DNA from: an uncultured Gammaproteobacteria bacterium
GTDB lineage: Bacteria > Pseudomonadota > Gammaproteobacteria > Steroidobacterales > Rariloculaceae
DNA length: 64,000 bases
Direction: 5' to 3'
Assembly (NCBI GenBank): GCA_963810755.1
Contig: CAWEOP010000008.1
Location: 648,631 to 712,630 of the forward strand
In this document: positions 39,430 through 46,992 of the stretch, one piece after another
How the letters are laid out: every line of letters starts with the position of its first letter
How positions within the stretch are numbered: position 1 is the first letter of the stretch
Notes under the pieces: generated by a model
Seen by the model: only the letters and a program-made list of their open reading frames with translations
What the model was told of the DNA's origin: nothing
Database searches by the model: none
Translations under genes and position numbers: made by a program

Positions 39430-40248
39430 CTAATCTTCGCGCGAGGGGAGAACGTCCATCAGGGACGGCGGGATCCCGATCATCCGGCGGCTCGTGCGTG
39501 CGAGGTGAGCGGAATCCGCGAAGCCCGCCGCGTGCGCGGCCGCCGAAAGCGACGCGCCGTTCATGCGGTGCTCCCACACAATGCCGAAGCGCCGCCACAG
39601 AATGTACGGCCGCAAGCCCATTCCCGTCTGCTCGGCGAACAGATGCCGGAAGCGACTCGGGGACAGGTGCGCGACGCGCGCGACTTGCTCGAGCGTGAGC
39701 GGGTCGGATAGATGATCGTTCACGTACTTGACGGCGCGGAGGATTCGCTCATCGCTCGCCACCGACGGTTCCGAGTGCTGCGTCAGCTCGCCGACGACGC
39801 GGCGTGCGAGCTCGACGACGGCGTCCCGGCCGCGCTGCCCTAAGCATGCGGCGCGGAGCTCGACGAGGAGCGAGCGCACGCGCGTCCGGTCGGCCTCCGC
39901 GATGCCGCTTTGCGGCCAGCGCTCGGTGAGGACCCGGCCCTCGCGCGTCTCCGGCTCGACGAAGATCGTCGCGCCGTAATGAATTTTGGAGCCGTCCATG
40001 CCGTGAGAGTGGCGCGACGGGACGATGGCGACGTCGTAGTCCGTCCAAGGGTCGTCGTCGTTCGGACGCAGCCGGATTCGGCCGTCGAACAGGAAGCAGA
40101 TTTGAATTGCCTGATGGGCGTGCGCCGGGAATGCGCCGGCCGTGCCGACGAAGATCGCTCCGCCGTCCCACGGAAAGTATTGGGCGGTGCTGACGGGTTC
40201 CGACATCGATTCTCTCAATCGCTCCGTGCGCTCCCGCGAGCGCGACAT
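39430..40248 (-). CDS. AraC family regulator with N-terminal cupin-like sensor
   Basis: The C-terminal HTH blocks LTLEQVARVAHLSPSRFRHLF and AAHAAGFADSAHLARTSRRMIG are AraC-type. The N-terminal FPAHAHQAIQICFLFDG is cupin-like. It lies 79 nt upstream of the Cys-rich ORF on the same strand. Confidence 0.85.
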   Translation of the reverse strand: MSRSRERTERLRESMSEPVSTAQYFPWDGGAIFVGTAGAFPAHAHQAIQICFLFDGRIRLRPNDDDPWTDYDVAIVPSRHSHGMDGSKIHYGATIFVEPETREGRVLTERWPQSGIAEADRTRVRSLLVELRAACLGQRGRDAVVELARRVVGELTQHSEPSVASDERILRAVKYVNDHLSDPLTLEQVARVAHLSPSRFRHLFAEQTGMGLRPYILWRRFGIVWEHRMNGASLSAAAHAAGFADSAHLARTSRRMIGIPPSLMDVLPSRED

Positions 40249-40386
40249 TAGCCCTTCCGTTCAAGCGACGGCAGGCCTTGCGGAGCACACTTTGCCACGT
40301 CCCGGCTGTGCGCCGACCCTTAGGAGTTCCGCGATGATCATACCGTGCCTGCGCTTCGTTTCTGTCGCCGAGACCGGGAGGCCGTG

Positions 40387-40788
40387 ATGGAATTGGAATA
40401 CACCGTCGGCATCGCTCTGGCGCTCGGCATTTTTTGCTTCGGGCGATGGACGTGGTTCGATCGCGAGAGAGCTTTCTATGCGACGATGCTGATCGTCGTC
40501 GCTTCCTACTACGTGTTGTTCGCTGCGATGGCGGGCTCGGCGCAGGTACTCGTCGCCGAGTCGATCGCGACGGCCGCGTTCGTGATCGTCGCGGTAGTGG
40601 GGTTCAGACGCTACTCTTGGCTCGTCATCGCCGGCCTGGCCGGGCACGGCGTGTTCGACTTCTTTCACGCGCTGATCGTGCAGAACCCAGGGGTACCGGA
40701 TTGGTGGCCGGGGTTTTGTCTCGCGTTCGACGTCGGCGTGGCCGCTTTGCTCGCGTGCGGCACGATGCTGCGAGCGCGATCGCGCTGA
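40387..40788 (+). CDS. Small membrane protein, unknown function
   Basis: GGGAGG lies 5 nt upstream of ATG 40387. Four hydrophobic segments are present (VGIALALGIFCF, ATMLIVVASYYVLFAAMA, ATAAFVIVAVVGF, WLVIAGLAGHGVFDFF). Confidence 0.6.
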   Translation: MELEYTVGIALALGIFCFGRWTWFDRERAFYATMLIVVASYYVLFAAMAGSAQVLVAESIATAAFVIVAVVGFRRYSWLVIAGLAGHGVFDFFHALIVQNPGVPDWWPGFCLAFDVGVAALLACGTMLRARSR

Positions 40789-40789
40789 A

Positions 40790-40848
40790 CGCTTCGCGGA
40801 GGGGTGGGTGCACGGTGATGGTCCGGAAAATCCCTCCGCGGAGGTGCT
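40790..40848. repeat. Bipartite palindrome-bearing element, intergenic copy
   Basis: The sequence is cgcttCGCGGAGGG-g-tgggtgcacggtgatggtccggaaaat-CCCTCCGCGGAGGtgc. It aligns along its whole length with 46340..46398. It begins 2 nt after the stop at 40788, between convergent genes. Confidence 0.75.
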
Positions 40849-40869
40849 AGTGTCCGAGCAACAAATCCG

Positions 40870-41439
40870 TCAGGGCTTTCGACCGACGATGCCGTAGTGA
40901 TACGGCGGTAACGCAACCTCGGGAATCAAAAGCTCGAAACCCGCGTCGTGGATCCATTGCCGGCATTGCTCCGGTCGCGGTCGAATCGAAAGGTCCGGAC
41001 CGCGGGGCGTAGTCGAATCGTGAACCCAGTGGATGACAGCTGCTTTGCCCTCCGACCGAAGGGCGCGGAAAGCTTCGCGCAAAAGACCCTGGGGCTCTTC
41101 CCCGTGGAGGATGTTGAAGAGCATCGCGTAGTCAACAGACTCACTTGAGAGGCCACTCCCCTTCGAGACGAAGTCTCGCTGGATGGCCTTCACGTTGGAT
41201 AAACCGCAAGATGCGGCGCGTCGCGACGTCGCGCGTATCATCTCCGCGTCCATATCGAGTGCGTGAACCACTCCCGTCGTTAGTTTCGCGGCTGCGGTCG
41301 TGAACGTGCCATAGCCGCATCCGAAATCGACTACGTCAGCGTTGGGCATCGTGAAGGAAAGAGCCGACAATACCTTCGGCGCATCGAAGAACCGATCCCA
41401 GCTCTGCTCCGCTGGCATGCCGCTGTCGCGAACTTTCAT
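40870..41439 (-). CDS. Class I SAM-dependent methyltransferase
   Basis: VVDFGCGYGTFTTAAA is SAM-binding motif I. I took the start at MKVRDSG (41439); the ORF-track maximum is 41496. Confidence 0.8.
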   Translation of the reverse strand: MKVRDSGMPAEQSWDRFFDAPKVLSALSFTMPNADVVDFGCGYGTFTTAAAKLTTGVVHALDMDAEMIRATSRRAASCGLSNVKAIQRDFVSKGSGLSSESVDYAMLFNILHGEEPQGLLREAFRALRSEGKAAVIHWVHDSTTPRGPDLSIRPRPEQCRQWIHDAGFELLIPEVALPPYHYGIVGRKP

Positions 41440-41620
41440 ACGGCTTCCCGCGATGCGCAAGAACAACGGAAACAATTGGAGAGCGTCATGCCGCAATACA
41501 CTACGATGGTCACGATACTAGTAGTGCTCCAGTCGATGACGTCACGGCGAACAACGAGCGATCCGGCCAGGATGCCCTGACGGGCTCGTCGTTGCTCGCC
41601 GTGGTCACGGCGGTGACGCG

Positions 41621-42343
41621 TTATTCGTCGAGCAGCGGAGCAAAACCGCCCCAGAACATGCGTTGCCCGTCGAACAGCCTTTCGTCCTTGCCGGGCGGCT
41701 GCATGCGCGGGTCTTTCCTGACCTGCTTCCAGCCCTCGTCGCGGGTGGCTTTGTCGGGCCATTCGACGAAGGAGAAGACGACGCTTTCGTCTGCGGTGGC
41801 CTTCACGGCGCGCTTGAAGTCCGTGACCTTGCCGTCCGGAACGTCGTCGCCCCAGGCTTCGACGACTCGCGTCGCGCCGTATTCCTTGAAGACGTCCGCG
41901 GCCTTAGCCGCGATCTTGCGATACGCTTCTTTCTTGCCGCTGGGCACCGGCACCACGTAACCGTCGGCATAGCCCGGCGTCCCGCTCCCAGTCTCGTCAA
42001 CGATGGATTGAAAGCCGCCGTGGATCATCCGTTTGCCGTCGAACGGCATGTCCGCGCCGAACTGCTTCATGCGCGGATCCTTCATCATCTTCTCGTTGGC
42101 TGCGTCGCGTGCGGACTTCGAGGGAAATTCCCACCAGCCCATCACGACGACTTCGTTGCTTTCGGCGTTCACGGCGCGCTTGAAATCCGTGACCTTGCCG
42201 TCCGGGACGTCGTCGCCCCAAGCCTCGACCACGCGCGTCGCGCCGAACTCCTTGAAAATCGGTGCGCCCTTGGAGGCGAGCTCTCTGTATGCGTTCTTCT
42301 TGCTGGCCGGAACTGCTGCTACGAAGCCTTGGATGTAAGTCAT
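41621..42343 (-). CDS. Tandem double DUF1428 protein
   Basis: AAGGAG lies upstream of ATG 42343. Two DUF1428-like halves are present (MTYIQGFVAAVPASKKNAYRE... and GYADGYVVPVPSGKKEAYRK...). Each contains the identical 25-aa block GATRVVEAWGDDVPDGKVTDFKRAV and an FDG(K/Q)RM tail. Confidence 0.85.
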   Translation of the reverse strand: MTYIQGFVAAVPASKKNAYRELASKGAPIFKEFGATRVVEAWGDDVPDGKVTDFKRAVNAESNEVVVMGWWEFPSKSARDAANEKMMKDPRMKQFGADMPFDGKRMIHGGFQSIVDETGSGTPGYADGYVVPVPSGKKEAYRKIAAKAADVFKEYGATRVVEAWGDDVPDGKVTDFKRAVKATADESVVFSFVEWPDKATRDEGWKQVRKDPRMQPPGKDERLFDGQRMFWGGFAPLLDE

Positions 42344-42675
42344 TGATTCACTCCTTTTCGGATCGCTTTCGGCTCCGACTGGCGCGACATCGGAGCCCAA
42401 TTTCCTATCAGCGGACTCGTGCGCCTCATCTACACGTCGATCGAGAACAAGGGAATTCGACAAGCTCGATGTCTTTTTTCTTCCGTCGACCTTATGACGA
42501 TGTGTCATGACGTCGCGGCACGCGCGGCTGGCGGTGAGAAATGCGGGCCAAGGGCGGAGTGGCGCGAGAATCTGCCTTGGCCGCAGAATGCCACGTGTGA
42601 TCAAGAAGTCGCCGGTCATCGACTATTGGGACGGCGTCGAGCGCGTTGCATAGACCGAACTCCCCGGGAACTCGT

Positions 42676-43038
42676 ATGTCCGAAGATGCCGGAAGCGACA
42701 TGAAAGCGCGGCTGCGCGCTGACCTGATCACTGCAATGAAGGACAGGCGCACCCTCGAGGTGAAGGTCATCCGGGCGCTGGTCGCGGCGATCGACAATGC
42801 TGAAGCTCCGCCCGCCCGCACGGAGAAGGCGGGGCTAGTCCATCATCAGTTCGCCAGCGGATCGGCAGAAGTCGAACGGCTCCTTCTGAGCAGAGGCCGG
42901 GTACGTGACGTATTGCTGGGCGAGATCCATGAACGCGAGCGAGCGGCCGCGGAGCTAGAACGTCTGGAAATGATGGATCGTGCCGAGCAGTTGCGCGTAG
43001 AAGCCCTCCTGGCAAGGCGCTACCTAGATACGGAGTAA
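42676..43038 (+). CDS. GatB/YqeY domain protein
   Basis: MKARLRADLITAMKDRRTLEVKVIRALVAAIDNAE resembles the YqeY N-terminus (L..al.aAmKa.d....lr.l.aaik..E). I took the start at MSEDAG. Confidence 0.65.
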   Translation: MSEDAGSDMKARLRADLITAMKDRRTLEVKVIRALVAAIDNAEAPPARTEKAGLVHHQFASGSAEVERLLLSRGRVRDVLLGEIHERERAAAELERLEMMDRAEQLRVEALLARRYLDTE

Positions 43039-43272
43039 CGAGATTCGCGTTCTTGGTGAGAACGGCAACCCGCCAATCCGAACTCCCGCGACAAATAACC
43101 CCCACCTGGCGCGGCCTCGGAGGCGCAAAATAGCGTCTCGCCCGGTCGGCCTTTGGTCCAATTGGGACGCGTCCGTTGTCGAGCTTAACTTTCGATACGA
43201 AATTTGGTGGGCGACGCCGTGGCGACAAATATTCAACGCGGGCCCGCTCGCCACGATCAACCGGAGCACCCG

Positions 43273-44814
43273 ATGACCGCCTCGAGCAAACCGAACATCA
43301 TCATGATCATGGCCGACGACGTGGGCATCTGGAACGTCAGTGCCTACCACCGCGGCATGATGGGTGGCAGCACGCCGAACATCGACCGACTCGCACGCGA
43401 GGGGGCGCTGTTCACCGATTACTACGGACAACAATCCTGCACGGCGGGACGCGCGGCGTTTATCACCGGGCAGACGCCGTTCCGCACCGGGCTGTTGAAA
43501 GTCGGCCTGCCCGCAGCGAAACAGGGTTTGCAGGATTCCGATCCAACGATCGCGGAATTCCTCAAGCCACTCGGCTACGCGACGGCGCAGATCGGCAAGA
43601 ACCACTTGGGGGATCGCAACGAATACCTGCCGACAGTCCACGGTTTCGACGAGTTCCACGGGATCCTCTACCACCTCAATGCGCTGGAAGAACCCTACGA
43701 TCCGCAGTATCCGAAGGACGAGAAATTCCGCGCGAGGTTCGGCCCGCGTAACGTCATCCACAGCGTTGCGACCGACGTCGACGATCCGACCGAGGATCCG
43801 CGCTGGGGGCGCGTCGGCAAGCAGAAGATCACGGACGCCGGCCCACTGCCGCCGCATCCGGGCATGGATCCCGCCGCCAAGGTGAGCATGGAAGACATCG
43901 ATGCGGATCTGGTCAAGCGCTCGTGCGACTTCATCGACCGCTCGGTGAAGGCGAAACAACCGTTTTTCCTCTGGCACAACTCCACGCGGTGCCACTCCTT
44001 TACGCATCTTTCCAAGAAGTGGGACGGCAAGACCGGCTTCGGACTGTTTGCCGATGCGATGGCGGAGTTGGACTGGATCGCGGGCGAATTGCTCGCCAAG
44101 GTGGACGAGCTCGGTATCGCCGACAACACGATCGTGATGTTTACCAGCGACAACGGCGCGGAAGTCTTCAGCTGGCCTGATGGCGGCAACCATCCGTTCC
44201 GCGGCGAGAAAGGCACGGTGTACGAAGGCGGCTTCCGGGTGCCCATGCTGGTCAGGTGGCCTGGCGTCATCAAGCCGGGCACCATCATCAACGACCTCAT
44301 GTCAGCAGAAGACTGGATGCCGACGCTCGTCGCGGCCGCGGGCGAGCCGGACCTGAAAGAGAAGGTGCTCACCGGCTTTCAGGCGGGCGAAAAGACGTTC
44401 AAGAACCATCTCGACGGTTACAACTTCAAACCCTTCTTCGAAGGCAAGGTCGCCGAAAGTCCGCGTCGCGAATTTTTCTATTTCAGCGACAACGCCGACC
44501 TGATGGCAGTGCGTTACAACGAGTGGAAGATCACCTTCAAGACCATCGTCGGCAACCTGTTCAGCGGCAAGGAGGACTCGACCAACGTCCCGCTGGTGAC
44601 TAACCTGCGCGTCGATCCATGGGAGCGATACCAGACCGAGTCGACGTCCTACGGCGAATGGTGGGGCAAGAAATTGTGGGTCATGATGCCTGCCATGATG
44701 GTCATGGGTCAGTTCCTCGCCACCTTTAAGGACTACCCGCCCAGCCAGGTCTCCGGTTCGCTCAGCGTGGAGAAGGCGTTGGAGGCATTGCAGGAAGGAG
44801 GCAGGAAGAACTGA
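43273..44814 (+). CDS. Arylsulfatase-family (type I sulfatase) enzyme, no signal peptide
   Basis: PNIIMIMADDVG and the formylglycine-motif region QQSCTAGRAAFITGQTPFRTGL (C-T-A-G-R) are present, along with later sulfatase blocks (GKNHLGD, FTSDNGAE). 513 aa. Confidence 0.9.
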   Translation: MTASSKPNIIMIMADDVGIWNVSAYHRGMMGGSTPNIDRLAREGALFTDYYGQQSCTAGRAAFITGQTPFRTGLLKVGLPAAKQGLQDSDPTIAEFLKPLGYATAQIGKNHLGDRNEYLPTVHGFDEFHGILYHLNALEEPYDPQYPKDEKFRARFGPRNVIHSVATDVDDPTEDPRWGRVGKQKITDAGPLPPHPGMDPAAKVSMEDIDADLVKRSCDFIDRSVKAKQPFFLWHNSTRCHSFTHLSKKWDGKTGFGLFADAMAELDWIAGELLAKVDELGIADNTIVMFTSDNGAEVFSWPDGGNHPFRGEKGTVYEGGFRVPMLVRWPGVIKPGTIINDLMSAEDWMPTLVAAAGEPDLKEKVLTGFQAGEKTFKNHLDGYNFKPFFEGKVAESPRREFFYFSDNADLMAVRYNEWKITFKTIVGNLFSGKEDSTNVPLVTNLRVDPWERYQTESTSYGEWWGKKLWVMMPAMMVMGQFLATFKDYPPSQVSGSLSVEKALEALQEGGRKN

Positions 44815-44877
44815 TTTGCGCGCGGAGCGCTTCTGGCCGAAATCGGACATCGCGCGTGCGTAAGTAACCGAAAGTTA

Positions 44878-44917
44878 TTGGGAAACCCAGAGTACTGGAC
44901 GTATAATCAGTACTCTG
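44878..44917 (+). promoter_or_regulatory. Sigma70-like promoter overlapped by a perfect 10-bp inverted repeat (CTG-N10-CAG architecture)
   Basis: TTGGGA (44878-44883), an 18-nt spacer, then TATAAT (44902-44907). CAGAGTACTG (44888-44897) - gacgtataat - CAGTACTCTG (44908-44917). GGAGA and ATG 44944 follow. Confidence 0.45.
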
Positions 44918-45709
44918 TTCAAACCCCACTTTCGGAGACGCTCATGACCGCACTTCACGCGCGGCGCCGTCCCTGTCGCCGCATCCAACGATCTTTCCGT
45001 CGACGACGCTTCAATAGACGAGCTCGACCTCGAGATCCGCACGCTCACGCGCCAAATGAACGCCGAGACGTATCGGATGCTGATGTTGGTCCGCGCGTTC
45101 GACGACCGCTTCGGCTTCGCGAAATGGGGCCAGCGCAATTGCGCCGAGTGGCTCGCGTGGCGCTGCGGATTGTCGCTCTCCGCGGCCCGCGAGAAGGTGC
45201 GCACGGCGCAGGCGCTGCGCTCGCTGCCCGCGATCTCGGCCGCATGCGCGGACGGGCGCCTGTCGTACTCGAAGGTGCGCGCGCTCACGCGCGTCGCCGC
45301 GAATCACGACGAAGACTTGCTGCTCGCGTACGCGCTCGACGCGACGGCGAGCCAAGTCGAGGAGCGCTGCCGGCAGCTGCGCAACGCGGAGCCCGAATCC
45401 GTGCACGGCGCGCGGCACGTGTGGGAGCGGCGCTCGCTCGCGGTGTTTCGCGATCGCGCGCGCGGCTGCGTGCGGATCACCGTCGAGCTGCCCGAAGCCG
45501 ACGGCGAGCTCGTCGCGCGCGCGATCGAGCACGCGGTCGCGGCCGGCGACGCGGCGTTCGGCGTCGAGTTCGCCTCAAATCCCGAGCACTCGGCCGACGC
45601 GTGGCGCGCGCAGCAGGCGGACGCGCTCGTCGCGATCTCGAAGGCTTATCTCGGCGGCGGCAGCGGCGGCGTCCGGGCGGTCGGGAACGCGGGCGGCGAG
45701 GAGGGCGAG

Positions 45710-45723
45710 CCCTCCGCGGAGGG
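45710..45723. repeat. CCCTCCGCGGAGGG palindrome inside the HNH ORF (copy 1)
   Basis: Perfect 14-mer, read in frame as PSAEG (GEPSAEGDD). Confidence 0.85.
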
Positions 45724-45818
45724 CGATGACGCCGAGCCGGCGCGGCCGCGATCGGCGGCGGCTGCCGACCACTATCAGGTCGTCGTGCACGTCGACCGCT
45801 CCGCTCTCGAAGGAAAAT

Positions 45819-45832
45819 CCCTCCGCGGAGGG
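45819..45832. repeat. CCCTCCGCGGAGGG palindrome inside the HNH ORF (copy 2)
   Basis: Perfect 14-mer with the ggaaaat flank also seen at 40824. It is read in a different frame as SLRGG (EGKSLRGGAG). Confidence 0.85.
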
Positions 45833-46339
45833 GCGGGGCGATCCGATCTCCCGATCGAGACGGTGAGGCGCCTCTCGTGCGACGGCAGCGTCGTGACCGT
45901 CGTCGAGGACGAGCACGGCACGCCGCTCGACGTCGGCCGCAAGCAGCGCACGGTCGGGACGGCTTTGCGCCGCGCGCTCTGGTCGCGCGACCGCGGGTGC
46001 ACGTTTCCGGGGTGTCACAACACGCGCTACGTCGACGCGCATCACATCCATCACTGGGCGAACGGCGGCGAGACGAGCCTCGACAACACGACGCTGCTCT
46101 GCACGTATCACCACACGCTCGTGCACGAAGGCGGCGTCACGATGCATCGCGATGAGTGCGATGCGCTTTACTTCCGGCGCGCAGACGGGCGGGTGATTCC
46201 GCGCGGCGGGTATCGCGCCGAGGACATGATCGACGACGCGATCGGCGCGGACGGCGCCGAGTTCGATCCCGCGTCGGCGAGCGGGCGAATGATCGCGATC
46301 ATGCACGGCGTCGAGTACTGCGAGCACGACGGCGCGGAG

Positions 46340-46398
46340 CCCTCCGCGGAGGGCTGGATGCACGGATGTGGTGCGGAAAGTCCCTCCGCGGAGGTGCG
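46340..46398. repeat. Bipartite palindrome-bearing element inside the 3' end of the HNH ORF (copies 3 and 4)
   Basis: The sequence is CCCTCCGCGGAGGG-c-tggatgcacggatgtggtgcggaaagt-CCCTCCGCGGAGGtgc. It is collinear with 40790..40848 and is translated as AEPSAEGWMHGCGAESPSAEV. Confidence 0.8.
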
Positions 46399-46515
46399 GG
46401 AGACGCGGGGCGTGTACTTACTCGGGTGCCATTGATCCCACGGCCGAACCTGCGCGTGCACCCCGAGTGGTACTGGCGATAGACTGACCGCAGTGGTTGG
46501 TCACGGGAGAGGAGC

Positions 46516-46788
46516 ATGCCGAGATACGTCATCGAGCGCGAGATTCCGAATGCGGGCAAGCTCTCACCGGCTGAGCTCAAATCGATCTCGCAGAAGTCCT
46601 GCGGCGTCTTGAGCAAGCTCGGGCCGCAGATTCAGTGGGTTCAGAGCTACGTCACGAACGACAAGGTCTACTGCGTTTACATCGCTCCGAACGAGGAGAT
46701 GGTTCGCGAGCACGCGCGCCAAGGCGGCTTCCCGGCGAATAGCGTCGCGAAAGTCATGACCGTGATCGATCCGACGACGTCGGAATGA
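46516..46788 (+). CDS. DUF4242 domain protein
   Basis: GGGAGAGGAG lies upstream. MPRYVIEREIPNAGKLSPAELKSISQKSCGVL...VYCVYIAPNEEMVREHARQGGFPAN matches my recollection of DUF4242. Confidence 0.8.
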   Translation: MPRYVIEREIPNAGKLSPAELKSISQKSCGVLSKLGPQIQWVQSYVTNDKVYCVYIAPNEEMVREHARQGGFPANSVAKVMTVIDPTTSE

Positions 46789-46992
46789 CCTCGCGGCGAA
46801 CGATCGGCGTCGGCGTTAGGTCGACCGGAACGCTGCTATAGCGGAGCGGCTACGCTCGCGGCCCATCACCCGAGTCGTTCGCCCCTGTAGTCGGCGGCCG
46901 CCCACATGGGTTAAGTTGCGCCGGAGCGGCGCATGCTCTCGGCCGAGAGCGCGCACGCCGCTGCACAACTACACGAAAACGAGGGGCGCATC

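Larger units (their letters stand above)
44944..46435 (+). pseudogene. DUF222 plus HNH endonuclease (13E12-repeat-type protein); probable 5' frame break between 44947 and about 45000
   Basis: DUF222-like sequence: LSVDDASIDELDLEIRTLTRQMNAETYRMLMLVRAFDDR...GRLSYSKVRALTRVA. HNH sequence: CTFPGCHNTRYVDAHHIHHWANGGETSLDNTTLLCTYHHTLVHEGG. The main frame is open from 44948 but has no start before ATG 45056. The SD-preceded ATG 44944 is one frame off. Confidence 0.8.

Noticed and set aside
45710-46398. CRISPR array, as a possible explanation for the repeated CCCTCCGCGGAGGG copies.
   Set aside because: The repeats are only 14 bp, the spacing is irregular (about 95, 507 and 28 nt), they lie inside a protein-coding ORF, and no cas genes are present.
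44944-46435. Calling the DUF222/HNH gene a mobile element (IS, prophage or intron).
   Set aside because: No terminal inverted repeats, integrase, transposase or target-site duplication are visible. Only the gene family's reputation as a repetitive element (13E12) points that way.
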